A DNA stretch of 64,000 nt from Sphingobacteriaceae bacterium (GCA_947459195.1 CANHCS010000002.1:1769-65768), one strand, 5' to 3'; shown: positions 29,253 through 39,731, counted from the stretch's first letter. Notes: a model not told the origin generated them from the letters alone. Translations and numbers: made by a program.

Positions 29253-30008
29253 ATGCTTTCAAAATCACAGATCAGTTTTCTAACATCTTTACAACTAAAA
29301 AAACAGCGTAAAGAACAGGGGCTTTTTCTCGTTGAAGGCTTTAAATCTGTAGCCGAATTTCTCCAATCTGACTATCAGATCGAGACCATTTACCATACAC
29401 CTGCTATTCTTTCAAAATTGGACAAAATCTCCCGGAATATAAAGCTCGAAGAAGTTAAACCTGAAGAATTGTCGAAAATTAGCAGCTTAAATACACCCCA
29501 AGACCTATTGGCTGTCGTTCGTATACCCGAGCAACAAAAATTAGACCCTAAAAGTTTAAAAACTAATTTTAGTATAATGTTAGATGGCATACAAGACCCT
29601 GGCAATATGGGTACCATCATTCGTACTGCAGATTGGTTTGGCATGAAGTACTTGATTTGCTCTTCGGATACGGTAGAACTATACAACCCGAAAGTGGTAC
29701 AAGCCAGTATGGGATCCTTGGCCAGAGTAAAGGTGTTTTATACAGATTTGCTGCCATTTTTAGCTGAAAACCATTTAGCAACTTATGCAACCGCTTTGAA
29801 TGGTAAGTCAATTTATGAGACCAATTTTGGCGAAGAGGGCATTCTTATCTTGGGGAATGAAGGGAACGGAATTAGGCCTGAAATTTTAGAAAAGAGTGCC
29901 CATCACATCACCATTCCACGTTTTGGGCATTCAGAATCACTCAATGTTGCAGTAAGTGCCGGAATTTGTTGTTCAGAAATAAGAAGAAAAGCCGTCAACT
30001 TTAGTTGA
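29253..30008 (+). CDS. TrmH/SpoU family RNA 2'-O-methyltransferase
   Basis: SPOUT motifs (LDGIQDPGNMGTIIRTA, LILGNEGNGI, ESLNVAVSAGI). I preferred the ATG at 29253 over the TTG at 29238 on the track. Confidence 0.85.
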   Translation: MLSKSQISFLTSLQLKKQRKEQGLFLVEGFKSVAEFLQSDYQIETIYHTPAILSKLDKISRNIKLEEVKPEELSKISSLNTPQDLLAVVRIPEQQKLDPKSLKTNFSIMLDGIQDPGNMGTIIRTADWFGMKYLICSSDTVELYNPKVVQASMGSLARVKVFYTDLLPFLAENHLATYATALNGKSIYETNFGEEGILILGNEGNGIRPEILEKSAHHITIPRFGHSESLNVAVSAGICCSEIRRKAVNFS

Positions 30009-30025
30009 TAGAAATAATATTTTAC

Positions 30026-30033
30026 TATTTTTG
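30026..30033 (+). promoter_or_regulatory. -7 promoter box (TATTTTTG) for tRNA-Cys
   Basis: Exact TAnnTTTG match, 15 nt upstream of the mature tRNA 5' end. Confidence 0.45.
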
Positions 30034-30048
30034 CAAGCCTTAAAACAA

Positions 30049-30123
30049 GGGTCGGATGGCCGAGTGGCTAGGCAGAGGTCTGCAAAACCTTTTACAGCGG
30101 TTCGAATCCGCTTCCGACCTCCA
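30049..30123 (+). tRNA. tRNA-Cys (anticodon GCA), CCA encoded
   Basis: Folded by hand. Acceptor GGGTCGG/CCGACCT, anticodon stem GAGGT/ACCTT with loop CTGCAAA, T-arm GCGG-TTCGAAT-CCGC, 3' CCA. Confidence 0.9.
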
Positions 30124-30148
30124 TTAAAAAACTTTAAAAACTAAAACA

Positions 30149-30328
30149 ATGGGAGTAACTCGCTTAAAAAGAAAAGACAGAAGAAACAAAACAGTTTCTC
30201 GCTTAGAAGTTCAATTCTTAAAACTGGCTCACAATATTGAAACTGGTAGCCGTTCTAAAGAGAAAGCCAGCAGCCAAGTTGCTAAAAACAATGCTGTATT
30301 GGCTCAAATTGCAACTAAAGCCAAGTAA
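30149..30328 (+). CDS. hypothetical small basic protein (59 aa); not on the ORF track
   Basis: My translation: MGVTRLKRKDRRNKTVSRLEVQFLKLAHNIETGSRSKEKASSQVAKNNAVLAQIATKAK. It starts 25 nt after tRNA-Cys and is followed by two hairpin/T-run terminators. No family recognised. Confidence 0.4.
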   Translation: MGVTRLKRKDRRNKTVSRLEVQFLKLAHNIETGSRSKEKASSQVAKNNAVLAQIATKAK

Positions 30329-30342
30329 TTGTAAACATATTG

Positions 30343-30379
30343 GAATTTACAGGGTTCGAAACCTGTAATTCTATTTTTT
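30343..30379 (+). terminator. rho-independent terminator (first of two in tandem)
   Basis: Stem TTACAGG / CCTGTAA (30347-30353 / 30362-30368) followed by TATTTTTT. Confidence 0.5.
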
Positions 30380-30408
30380 CCCGGTTGAGCAATTGACCGG
30401 GTTTTTTT
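30380..30408 (+). terminator. rho-independent terminator (second of two in tandem)
   Basis: Stem CCCGGT / ACCGGG with a 10-nt loop, followed by TTTTTTT. The T-run overlaps the pyrD stop codon on the opposite strand. Confidence 0.6.
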
Positions 30409-31438
30409 ATGCCTTATTGCTAAGAATTTGTTGATTGATAGCTTTGATCAGCCCAGGGCCCTCGTAAATAAATCCGGTATATAGCTGCACCAAACTGGCA
30501 CCAGCCTGCAATTTCTCCAAAGCATCGGCAGGCGAATGAATCCCTCCCACTCCAATGATCGGGAAAGCCCCTTTCGATTGTTGGTGCAGATAAGCGATCA
30601 CTTCGGTAGATCGTTTGCTCAAAGGTTTTCCACTTAAACCGCCCGCCTCATTTTTAAGATTTGCTGCTGAAGACAAGCCTTCGCGACTTAGCGTGGTATT
30701 GGTAGCAATCACCCCGGCAATTTTAGTTTCTTGAACAATCTCCACAATATCATCGAGCTGCGATGGACTCAAATCGGGTGCAATTTTTAATAAAATAGGT
30801 TTCGGAAGGCCCTTTTGAGTGTTTTTTGTCTGCAATTCATTTAACAAGGCCATCAATGGTGCTTTTTCCTGCAGCTCACGCAAACCGGGAGTATTGGGCG
30901 AACTCACATTAACCACGAAATAATCCACCACCTCAAATAAGCGCTCAAAACAGATCAGATAATCTTTTACAGCATCTTCGTTCGGGGTGTTTTTGTTTTT
31001 GCCAATATTCCCACCAATGATCAGGCCATCACGTTTGAGCTGTTTCAAACGACTAGCCGCCACATCCACTCCCTGGTTATTAAATCCCATTCGGTTAATC
31101 AAACCTGCATCCGCCGGCAGGCGAAACATTCGCGGTTTTTCATTGCCCGGTTGCGGCAAAGGAGTTACGGTACCAATCTCGATGAAGCCAAAACCCAAAG
31201 CAGCAAATTCTTCTACGAACTGGGCATTCTTATCGAAACCAGCGGCCAAACCAACAGGATTTTTAAACTTCAATCCGAAAACCTCCCTTTCCAATGCAGG
31301 ATGCTGCAAGCGATAAACGCCCTGAACAGACTTCCTGATGATTGAAAAACGCAAAAAACGTTTCAACATACCAGTGACCACATGGTGAATTTTTTCCGGA
31401 TCGAATTGAAAAAGAAATAAACGCAGAATGGTATACAT
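30407..31438 (-). CDS. pyrD: quinone-dependent dihydroorotate dehydrogenase (class 2)
   Basis: 343 aa with a full-length PyrD pattern ([33 protein letters not shown]). Confidence 0.95.
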   Translation of the reverse strand: MYTILRLFLFQFDPEKIHHVVTGMLKRFLRFSIIRKSVQGVYRLQHPALEREVFGLKFKNPVGLAAGFDKNAQFVEEFAALGFGFIEIGTVTPLPQPGNEKPRMFRLPADAGLINRMGFNNQGVDVAASRLKQLKRDGLIIGGNIGKNKNTPNEDAVKDYLICFERLFEVVDYFVVNVSSPNTPGLRELQEKAPLMALLNELQTKNTQKGLPKPILLKIAPDLSPSQLDDIVEIVQETKIAGVIATNTTLSREGLSSAANLKNEAGGLSGKPLSKRSTEVIAYLHQQSKGAFPIIGVGGIHSPADALEKLQAGASLVQLYTGFIYEGPGLIKAINQQILSNKA

Positions 31439-31526
31439 GGAGTAAAAATAGCTGATTTAGTGAATTTACGGTTAAAATATAATTTCAAACTATACGTTTT
31501 AACTAAAAATAAATAAATGCAATATT

Positions 31527-32165
31527 ATGCGACAATCCATGTTGCCCATAAACCGCATTATTACGCTGACTTTTTGTCTTTTGTTCAGTTTACGCGGAAT
31601 CGAAACTAAGGCTCAGAATTGGGATATTGAATTACTTGACCAACTCAATCAGCCACCAGAGAACGATCCTGATCTGGGTTTAAAGTTCATCACTGACAAT
31701 GCATGTATTGTCGATATAGCTACCCCTACAAGTATCATAGTAATAGGTTTAATTAAAAAAGATCAAAACTTGACTAATCAAGGCTTGGTTATTGGAACCG
31801 CTTACCTTGGAACTGCTATTATAACCACTGCACTAAAAAATACAATCAAAAGACCCCGGCCGTTTGAAACTTATCCAAACATTATCTATCCAAAAAGTGA
31901 TGCCGGTGGATATTCATTCCCTTCCGGACATACCTCTACAGCCTTTTCAACAGCAACCTCATTAAGCCTTGCCTTCCGAAAATGGTATGTGGTAGCTCCA
32001 GCATTTGTCTATGCAAGTACGGTTGCATACACCAGGATGGATCTTGGCGTTCACTACCCAAGCGATGTTTTAGGGGGCGCTTTACTTGGATCTGGTACGG
32101 CATACCTGAGTTGGAAAATTAATAATGCCTTACATCATAAGCAAAAATCGGGTAAAAGGCTGTAA
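31527..32165 (+). CDS. PAP2 family phosphatase (secreted/membrane)
   Basis: Signal peptide and the PAP2 motifs KNTIKRPRP, PSGHTS, RMDLGVHYPSDV. Confidence 0.8.
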   Translation: MRQSMLPINRIITLTFCLLFSLRGIETKAQNWDIELLDQLNQPPENDPDLGLKFITDNACIVDIATPTSIIVIGLIKKDQNLTNQGLVIGTAYLGTAIITTALKNTIKRPRPFETYPNIIYPKSDAGGYSFPSGHTSTAFSTATSLSLAFRKWYVVAPAFVYASTVAYTRMDLGVHYPSDVLGGALLGSGTAYLSWKINNALHHKQKSGKRL

Positions 32166-32180
32166 TTACGACGTTTTTTG

Positions 32181-32188
32181 TACTTTTG
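32181..32188 (+). promoter_or_regulatory. -7 promoter box (TACTTTTG), 7 nt upstream of the ATG
   Basis: Exact TAnnTTTG match. The ATG at 32196 follows after CGGCTTC. Confidence 0.45.
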
Positions 32189-32195
32189 CGGCTTC

Positions 32196-34109
32196 ATGAT
32201 CGCAATTAACAACCTCACTTTTGAAATTGGTGCCCGAGCACTGTACGACGATGCCAATTGGCACATCAAGCCGGGCGATAAAACGGGCCTCATTGGTGCC
32301 AACGGAACCGGAAAAACTACCCTACTCAAGCTTATCGTGGGCGAATACACCCCAACCAGCGGCACCATTTCTATGGCTAAGGACCTGAAGATGGGTTACC
32401 TCAATCAGGACCTGCTTTCTTCACAAGCCGATAATACCATTCTGCATGTGGCTATGGAAGCATTTGAACGCCAGAACCAATTGCATGATGAGATTGAAAA
32501 CTTGTTAAAAAAACTAGAGACCGATTATTCTGAAGACCTGCTGCATAAACTCAGCGATAAACAACACGAATTTGAAGCCTTGGGTGGTTATCAAATTGAA
32601 TACCGGGCCCACGAGATACTTGCCGGATTGGGTTTCAGCGATGCGGATACCAAGCGTCGACTCTCTGAATTTTCAGGTGGATGGCGCATGCGGGTCATCC
32701 TGGCGAAGATCTTATTACAAAACCCAGATATCTTATTGCTCGATGAACCGACCAACCACCTCGACTTGCCTTCCATTAAATGGCTGGAAACCTATCTGCA
32801 GGCATTTGAGGGAGCGATTGTAATTGTGTCTCACGACCGTTACTTTCTAGATCGAGTGGTAAATCGAATTGTAGAATCACGCAAGGGTAAACTGACTCCC
32901 TACGCAGGCAATTACAGCTTTTATTTAGAAGAAAAAGGCTTACGCGAAGAAATTCAAAGCAATCAGTTTAAAAACCAGCAGGCTAAAATCCGCCAGGAAG
33001 AAAGATTAATTGAACGTTTCCGTGCCAAAGCGAGTAAGGCAAAAATGGCACAATCGCGGATCAAAGCTTTGGAGCGAATGGAAAGAGTAGACGATGTGGA
33101 TGACGATAATCCAACCGTCAACTTCAGTTTTAAGTTCAGCAAACAATCAGGGCGCCATGTGGTTCGCATGGAACATATCCATAAATCATACCCAGGCTTG
33201 CCCATTCTGAATGATGCCTTTGGGACTATTGAAAAGGGTGATAAAATTGCACTCATCGGGGCCAATGGACGTGGTAAATCTACCCTCTTAAGAATTGTAG
33301 CCGGAACGGATAAACAGTTTGAAGGACTTTGCGAGAGCGGGCATAATGTAACCCAGACCTTTTTTGCTCAGCATCAGCTGGAAGCCCTCCATATGGACAA
33401 TACGATTTTAAACGAGCTTCAGAACTTCGCCCCAAAACATACCGAAACTGAATTAAGATCTATTCTGGGATGTTTTCTCTTTACTGGAGATGATGTATTT
33501 AAGAAGATCAAAGTCCTATCAGGAGGAGAGAAGTCGAGGGTGGCACTGGCGAAAGCTTTAACAGCCGATGCCAATTTCCTGATCTTGGATGAGCCGACCA
33601 ATCACCTCGACATCCAATCGGTAAACATCTTGATTCAGGCTTTAAAGCAATACGAAGGGACATTTATTGTGGTTTCCCACGATCGCTATTTGCTGGATAA
33701 TGTAGCCAACAAGATCTGGTTTATTGAAGATCAGGAGATTAAGGAATATCCGGGCACTTATGCCGAATACGAAGAATGGAGTAGCAAAAGAGTGAGTGGC
33801 GCAAAAACTGCTGCACCTGCTCCAAAGAAAGAAGATAAAAAGGAAACTTCGCCCAAGAGCGAAAATCCTGATAAGAACAAGGAATTAAAAAAGCTGAACC
33901 AGCAATTACAAAACCTTGAAGCAGAAGTAGCCGAATTGGAAAATGAAGTAAAATTGGCAGAAGAAGCACTCGGCAAACCCGAAATTTATGCCGATACAGC
34001 AAAACTTTCTGCAGCAAATAGCCGTTATGAGGAATTAAAAGCTAATTTGCAGTACAAACATCAACTATGGGAAGAACTAGCCGGAAAAATCATGGAAATA
34101 GAATCCTGA
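32196..34109 (+). CDS. ABC-F family ATPase (no membrane domain)
   Basis: Two NBDs ([28 protein letters not shown] and [28 protein letters not shown]), an inter-domain linker and a charged coiled C-terminus. The ATG at 32196 was chosen because the track's TTG at 32178 directly abuts the promoter box (32181-32188). Confidence 0.9.
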   Translation: MIAINNLTFEIGARALYDDANWHIKPGDKTGLIGANGTGKTTLLKLIVGEYTPTSGTISMAKDLKMGYLNQDLLSSQADNTILHVAMEAFERQNQLHDEIENLLKKLETDYSEDLLHKLSDKQHEFEALGGYQIEYRAHEILAGLGFSDADTKRRLSEFSGGWRMRVILAKILLQNPDILLLDEPTNHLDLPSIKWLETYLQAFEGAIVIVSHDRYFLDRVVNRIVESRKGKLTPYAGNYSFYLEEKGLREEIQSNQFKNQQAKIRQEERLIERFRAKASKAKMAQSRIKALERMERVDDVDDDNPTVNFSFKFSKQSGRHVVRMEHIHKSYPGLPILNDAFGTIEKGDKIALIGANGRGKSTLLRIVAGTDKQFEGLCESGHNVTQTFFAQHQLEALHMDNTILNELQNFAPKHTETELRSILGCFLFTGDDVFKKIKVLSGGEKSRVALAKALTADANFLILDEPTNHLDIQSVNILIQALKQYEGTFIVVSHDRYLLDNVANKIWFIEDQEIKEYPGTYAEYEEWSSKRVSGAKTAAPAPKKEDKKETSPKSENPDKNKELKKLNQQLQNLEAEVAELENEVKLAEEALGKPEIYADTAKLSAANSRYEELKANLQYKHQLWEELAGKIMEIES

Positions 34110-35407
34110 TCAGCTTTACAGGATGTTTGATCCTATTATTTGCTGCTTTGCCCTTCACGTTTGCACAACGCAAACAAAAGCAATTAAATATTTCAGCTCC
34201 ATTACAGGAGTTAAAATATAGCAACCACGTTTATCTTCCCGAAATAAAAACGGTTGAATTCTACAACCGTAAAAAAGAACAGTCGTTTCCGGTTTACACA
34301 TTGGGCAGTAATGAGGAACTCCTGCTAACATTTGATGACCTTCGTCCCGGATTCCGGAACTTATTTTATTCGGTTGAACACTGCGATGCAGACTGGAACA
34401 GCAGCCGCCTCTCTCCCATTGAATACCTCGAAAGCTTCCCGGAAGAACGCATCAACGATTACCGTAGTTCTTTTAATACACTGCAAAAATTCACCCACTA
34501 CGAAATCACCTTACCCAACTTCAGCATCAAACCTAAAATTCCGGGTAATTACCTCTTGAAAGTTTATGAAGATTCTGATCAAAGAAAATTACTACTCACC
34601 CGCCGCTTTTATGTTTTAAGGCCGCAACTCAATATTGGTGCCGAAATCATTCGCTCCAATCAGCTGGACCGTAGAAACGAATACCAGAAATTGAATTTTG
34701 TGGTCTACACCGCTAATTTAATCATTCAGAACCCCTATCTGGATATCAAAACAAGGGTTTTTCAAAACCGACGTGACGACATCACCCAAAGTGTGGAGCG
34801 ACCGAGCTTTATTAGGTCCGACCAATTGGTTTATAATGACATCCATACTTTGGATTTTGAAGGCATAAATGAGTTCAGACGATTTGACATCCGCAGCTTT
34901 CGCTTTCAATCGGAACGTGTTGGTTCAATTAAACGCGATAGTATCAATCAGGTGTTTTTAAGCAATGAGTCATCTAATAATAGAAGCGCTTATGCATTTA
35001 GTTTTGATGAAAATGGCGCCTTTTTCATCCGCAGCCAGGAAGGAAGTAATAGTAGAACCGAAGGCGATTATGCCTGGATAAATTTCCGCTTAAGTAGCCC
35101 TCAACCCGCCGAAAACGGAGCTGTCTATGTTTTCGGAGCCTTCAATGATTTCCAACTGCGTGAGGAAAACAAACTGACCTATTCAGAAAGTTCCAAACGT
35201 TTTGAAGGCAAAGCTTTTTTAAAACAAGGAATCTACGATTATCAATATATATGGGTTGATAAAAATGGTAAAAGAGATTACACCCGATTTGAAGGGAATC
35301 ATTTTGAAACTGAAAATGATTATCAAATCTTGATTTATTATCGTAAACCAGGTGCACGCTGGGATGAGCTGGTAGGTTTCAATCAGATCAATTCGGCAAA
35401 CCGTTAG
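34067..35407 (+). CDS. DUF5103 / T9SS plug-like protein
   Basis: 446 aa with a signal peptide (…[12 protein letters not shown]). The pattern LTFDDL....L.YS.EHCDADW..S.L recalls DUF5103 (T9SS_plug_1st), the family of the SprA-associated Plug protein. Family call is from memory. The 5' end overlaps the ABC-F gene by 43 nt. Confidence 0.65.
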   Translation: MGRTSRKNHGNRILISFTGCLILLFAALPFTFAQRKQKQLNISAPLQELKYSNHVYLPEIKTVEFYNRKKEQSFPVYTLGSNEELLLTFDDLRPGFRNLFYSVEHCDADWNSSRLSPIEYLESFPEERINDYRSSFNTLQKFTHYEITLPNFSIKPKIPGNYLLKVYEDSDQRKLLLTRRFYVLRPQLNIGAEIIRSNQLDRRNEYQKLNFVVYTANLIIQNPYLDIKTRVFQNRRDDITQSVERPSFIRSDQLVYNDIHTLDFEGINEFRRFDIRSFRFQSERVGSIKRDSINQVFLSNESSNNRSAYAFSFDENGAFFIRSQEGSNSRTEGDYAWINFRLSSPQPAENGAVYVFGAFNDFQLREENKLTYSESSKRFEGKAFLKQGIYDYQYIWVDKNGKRDYTRFEGNHFETENDYQILIYYRKPGARWDELVGFNQINSANR

Positions 35408-36075
35408 AATTTGGTCGCCCTCAGCATTTCCCGTTTTCCGGGGGCACCGGGTGCTTTTTCAATACTGAAGCCCAAAGATTTCATGCTTCGTTTCAAATTA
35501 CCTGTAATGGCATAGGTCACAAATACACCCCCGGGCTTAAGGTATTGGCATACACTTTCTAAAGCTTCGGTAGTCCACATTTCGGGTTGGTGGATGGCTG
35601 CAAAAGCATCGAAATAGATGATATCAAACTGATCTTGGGTTATAAAATCAGATAATTTAGACTCATCGATGAATAGACGACAATTTGGATTCAATTCCAT
35701 TCGTTGATTTAAAGTATTCGGATAGACTGCTAAAAAACGCTCCCAAATTTCAATGTTCAGGTAGTTTTGATAACCTGTTTCAGAAACCAAATCGCTATCC
35801 AATGGAAAAGCTTCTATACCTAAATACTCTAAATTGATGTGATTCTGAGTGCAATAATCAGCACTCAAAAGAAAATTCAGCCCCGTTCCAAAACCAACTT
35901 CTAAAACAGAAACCTGTGTGGAAGAATTCATCTGTAAAAAATGAACCAGACCAGACTGCAAAAAAACATGTTTACTTTCATTAAAAGCGCCATGTTTTGA
36001 ATGATAGTGCTCTCCTATTGCTGGATTGAAAAGTGTTCGGGATCCATCCCCAGTTATGACCCAATTGGTTTCCAT
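35404..36075 (-). CDS. mnmD: tRNA (mnm5s2U34) methyltransferase MnmD-like (MnmC methyltransferase domain only)
   Basis: SAM motif [12 protein letters not shown] and C-terminal FDAFAP-like [14 protein letters not shown]...GKREML. Start taken at METNWV (36075); the track start is 36096. Confidence 0.8.
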   Translation of the reverse strand: METNWVITGDGSRTLFNPAIGEHYHSKHGAFNESKHVFLQSGLVHFLQMNSSTQVSVLEVGFGTGLNFLLSADYCTQNHINLEYLGIEAFPLDSDLVSETGYQNYLNIEIWERFLAVYPNTLNQRMELNPNCRLFIDESKLSDFITQDQFDIIYFDAFAAIHQPEMWTTEALESVCQYLKPGGVFVTYAITGNLKRSMKSLGFSIEKAPGAPGKREMLRATKF

Positions 36076-36160
36076 TGAAGCGCAAATATACGCCAATCTC
36101 TAAGTAAGCTAAATTGGAATTAAGTCTTTTGGATCTCCTGGTATCGGATAATTGAAGATT

Positions 36161-36475
36161 TTACTTAAAATCGGGTTTAATAATAAACATGATCAGTAAA
36201 AACAAAAGAAAAAGCAAGACCGGAAATAGTGGGATAGCCAATAGCATAATGGCTGAGTTAATCCGCTCAAAATAATTCTTTAACACCAATGCGGCAGCCA
36301 TAAAAAATAACAGAATGAATATACAGAGAATAATCGCCCTGTTATAAGTACCCGAAACTTTGATATTTAAAAAGGCATAAACCAATAAAATTGTATTCAG
36401 AATTAAACAAATTCTATAGAGCCAGATCATAAGGCTATAACGAAAACCCCACTTGAAAATTATAGGATCAATCAA
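36161..36475 (-). CDS. hypothetical small membrane protein
   Basis: Three predicted TM segments. The track start is a TTG and the first ATG is at 36430. No family recognised. Confidence 0.4.
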   Translation of the reverse strand: MIDPIIFKWGFRYSLMIWLYRICLILNTILLVYAFLNIKVSGTYNRAIILCIFILLFFMAAALVLKNYFERINSAIMLLAIPLFPVLLFLLFLLIMFIIKPDFK

Positions 36476-36586
36476 AGTTTATTCAAGGAGTAATGTAAGA
36501 ATAGCGGTTCATAAAAAACAAATACAAAGCCACACAATAAATAAGCTCAAATCACTAAATAAATAGGGATAATTAGCAATAAACGC

Positions 36587-36594
36587 TATTTTTG
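36587..36594 (+). promoter_or_regulatory. -7 promoter box (TATTTTTG) for valS
   Basis: Exact TAnnTTTG match, 18 nt upstream of the ATG at 36613. Confidence 0.45.
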
Positions 36595-36612
36595 TGCTTC
36601 AGCATTTTACGA

Positions 36613-39234
36613 ATGAGCATTTCTAAAACATATAGCCCCAAAGAAGCAGAGGACAAATGGTACAGCTATTGGATGGACAAGAAGTTTTTCCGTTCGGTAC
36701 CCGATGAGCGTGAGCCTTACACCATCGTCATCCCTCCGCCAAACGTGACCGGCGTACTACACATGGGCCATATGTTGAACAATACCATTCAAGATGTGCT
36801 CATTCGCCGGGCCCGGATGCAGGGCAAAAATGCTTGCTGGGTACCTGGAACCGACCATGCCTCCATTGCTACTGAGGCTAAAGTAGTGGCCATGCTGAAA
36901 GAGCAGGGCATCAGCAAAAAAGACCTGAGCCGCGAAGAGTTTTTGAAATATGCGTATGAGTGGAAAGATAAGTATGGCGGCATCATCCTGAAACAATTGG
37001 AGAAATTGGGCGCTTCCTGCGATTGGGACCGTACCCGCTTTACCATGGAAGAATCGCTATCTGAGGCGGTGATCGATACCTTTATTCACCTCTACAAAAA
37101 AGGCTGGATCTACCGTGGCGTACGCATGGTAAACTGGGATCCGCAGGGTAAAACAGCCGTTTCGGATGAAGAAGTAATCCGGAAGGAAGTCAACCAGAAG
37201 CTTCATTACATCAAATACCAAATTGTTGGCGAAACCAACAAATTCATCATTGTGGCTACTACCCGACCGGAAACCATCATGGCCGATGCGGCGATCTGCG
37301 TGAATCCAAATGATGAGCGTTATCGACATTTGCTTGGCAAGAAAGTGCTAATTCCATTGATCAATAGAGAAATTCCGGTTATTGCCGATGAATATGTGAC
37401 CATGGATTTTGGTACCGGATGCTTAAAAGTCACCCCTGCCCACGATTTGAACGATTATGAGCTTGGTATCAAGCACAAACTGCCCGTGATTGACATTTTG
37501 GATGATGATGGCAAGCTGAACGAGAAAGCTGAGATTTTAATTGGAGAAGACCGTTTTGCTGCCCGCAAAAAAATTGCGATCATGCTTGAAGAAGCCGGTA
37601 ATTTGGAGAAAGTAGAAGATAATAAATCACAGTTAGGTTACTCTGAGCGAACCGATGCAGTAATTGAACCGAAACTTTCCATGCAGTGGTTCTGCAAAAT
37701 GGACGAAATGGCCAAGCCTGCTCTGGAGTATGTGTTAAATGGCGAAGTAAAACTGATTCCGGATAAGTTCATCAACATTTACCGCCACTGGATGGAAAAT
37801 GTAAAGGACTGGTGTATCAGCCGCCAGCTGTGGTGGGGTCAGCAAATACCGGCCTGGTACTTGCCAAACGGAGAATTCGTCATTGCCAAAACCCATGATG
37901 AAGCATTTGCAGAAGCCCAAAAAATTGATCCGGCAATCGGCATCAATGATTTGAAACAAGATGAGGACGTGGTGGATACCTGGTTCTCCTCCTGGTTATG
38001 GCCGATCTCGGTTTTTGATGGATTTCAAGATCCCAATAATGCTGACATAAAATACTACTATCCGACCAATGACCTGGTAACTGCGCCGGAGATCTTGTTC
38101 TTTTGGGTGGCTCGTATGATCATGGCCGGACACGAATTCCGTGGTGAAGCACCATTTAAAAATGTGTACCTCACCGGTATCGTTCGTGATAAGATTGGTC
38201 GTAAAATGTCGAAATCTTTGGGCAATTCACCAGATCCGATCGAACTGATTGAAAAATATGGTGCCGATGGCGTTCGTGTGGGCATGTTGCTTTGTTCCCC
38301 TGCCGGTAACGACATCATGTTCGATGAAAGCCAATGCGAACAAGGTCGCAACTTTGCCAATAAAATTTGGAATGCCTTCCGTTTAGTGAAAGGCTGGGAA
38401 GTGGATGCCAGCCTGGCCAATCCTAACCAGCAAGCCATCGACTGGTTTGAGAACAATTTCAATCATGCTTTAAGTCAAATTGAAGAAGACTTTAATAACT
38501 ATCGCTTATCAGATGCATTGATGGGCATTTATAAATTGGTTTGGGACGATTTCTGTGCCTGGTACCTCGAAATGATAAAACCAGCCTATCAGCAACCAAT
38601 CGATCAAGCGAGTTTTGTGGCGACCAAGTCTTTCTTTGAACGCATCCTGAAACTGATCCACCCTTTCATGCCTTTCCTGAGTGAAGAATTATGGCATGAC
38701 GAACTATTCGGTCAGCGGGCGGAGATGGATTGCTGTATCGTGGCACCCTACCCTAAAGCGGGTGCTGTAAATGCAGCTTTATTGAAAGATTTTGAAGTTG
38801 TGAAACAAGTCATTTCCGAGATCCGGAATGTGCGCAATGCCAAGCAAATATCTCCAAAAGAAGCCCTAAGCCTGCATATCAAAGCCAATTCAGGTATTTC
38901 ATTCGAAAAATACCAAGCAATGATCGCCAAACTGGCCAATATTGCCGAATTTGTGATGACCAAGGAAAAAGTAGCTGGAGCGGCTTCCTTCCTGGCCGGA
39001 ACTGACGAGTTTTTCATCCCGCTAGGCAATAATATTAATGCCGATGCCGAAAAGGAACGGATCAGCAAGGAGCTGGAATATCTGGAAGGTTTTCTCAAAT
39101 CGGTGACAGCCAAACTGAGCAATGAGCGTTTTGTGCAAAATGCCAAGCCGGAAATTGTAGCTAACGAGCAGCAGAAAAAGGCGGATTCGGAAGCGAAGAT
39201 TCAAAGCTTGAAGGAAAGTTTAGCGGCGCTGTAA
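36613..39234 (+). CDS. valS: valine--tRNA ligase
   Basis: HIGH region PPPNVTGVLHMGH, a KMSKS loop and a C-terminal coiled coil. Start at MSISKTYSPKEAE. Confidence 0.97.
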   Translation: MSISKTYSPKEAEDKWYSYWMDKKFFRSVPDEREPYTIVIPPPNVTGVLHMGHMLNNTIQDVLIRRARMQGKNACWVPGTDHASIATEAKVVAMLKEQGISKKDLSREEFLKYAYEWKDKYGGIILKQLEKLGASCDWDRTRFTMEESLSEAVIDTFIHLYKKGWIYRGVRMVNWDPQGKTAVSDEEVIRKEVNQKLHYIKYQIVGETNKFIIVATTRPETIMADAAICVNPNDERYRHLLGKKVLIPLINREIPVIADEYVTMDFGTGCLKVTPAHDLNDYELGIKHKLPVIDILDDDGKLNEKAEILIGEDRFAARKKIAIMLEEAGNLEKVEDNKSQLGYSERTDAVIEPKLSMQWFCKMDEMAKPALEYVLNGEVKLIPDKFINIYRHWMENVKDWCISRQLWWGQQIPAWYLPNGEFVIAKTHDEAFAEAQKIDPAIGINDLKQDEDVVDTWFSSWLWPISVFDGFQDPNNADIKYYYPTNDLVTAPEILFFWVARMIMAGHEFRGEAPFKNVYLTGIVRDKIGRKMSKSLGNSPDPIELIEKYGADGVRVGMLLCSPAGNDIMFDESQCEQGRNFANKIWNAFRLVKGWEVDASLANPNQQAIDWFENNFNHALSQIEEDFNNYRLSDALMGIYKLVWDDFCAWYLEMIKPAYQQPIDQASFVATKSFFERILKLIHPFMPFLSEELWHDELFGQRAEMDCCIVAPYPKAGAVNAALLKDFEVVKQVISEIRNVRNAKQISPKEALSLHIKANSGISFEKYQAMIAKLANIAEFVMTKEKVAGAASFLAGTDEFFIPLGNNINADAEKERISKELEYLEGFLKSVTAKLSNERFVQNAKPEIVANEQQKKADSEAKIQSLKESLAAL

Positions 39235-39266
39235 GAGTTGGGAGTCTTCAGTTGAGAGTTGCCAGT

Positions 39267-39731
39267 CTATAGTTGAGAAAACAATGGGAGCTCAGGGAAA
39301 AACTGATAGTTTTCTGTTTCCCAATCGAGTTTGCAGCAATAATGCTCCATCCCATTGCTCACTAAGAGCCATTGCACCCGATGCACAAAATTATAGCGGG
39401 CAATCTGATCGAAAACATCTTGCGTAATTTTTACAGAAGGCGCCTTGCATTCGGCCAGCAATAATTTTTCTCCTTGCTGGTTATAGATCAGGATATCACT
39501 CCGTTTCTGCAAACCATTGTATTTCAAACCGCCTTCCAACTGGATCAGGCTTTTAGGAAACTGTTTTTCCTGAATCAAAAAGTGCACCAGATGCTGACGC
39601 ACCCACTCTTCGGGCGTTAAGATCAAAAACTTTTTGCGGACTTCATCGAACACGAAACGCTGGCCAGCTTCGTCTTTTAAACGCAGCGGATAAACCGGAA
39701 GATTTAATGGAACGGGTTCGAATACAGCCAT
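39267..39731 (-). CDS. type I restriction enzyme HsdR N-terminal domain-like (PD-(D/E)xK) protein
   Basis: 154 aa. Intact D79...E94-x-K96 nuclease-type motif (SDILIY...LLLAECK). Confidence 0.7.
   Translation of the reverse strand: MAVFEPVPLNLPVYPLRLKDEAGQRFVFDEVRKKFLILTPEEWVRQHLVHFLIQEKQFPKSLIQLEGGLKYNGLQKRSDILIYNQQGEKLLLAECKAPSVKITQDVFDQIARYNFVHRVQWLLVSNGMEHYCCKLDWETENYQFFPELPLFSQL

Noticed and set aside
36757-39204. Several 60-134-aa antisense or alternate-frame ORFs inside valS
   Set aside because: They lie entirely within a highly conserved essential gene, have no recognisable motifs and have biased low-complexity composition. They are shadow ORFs.
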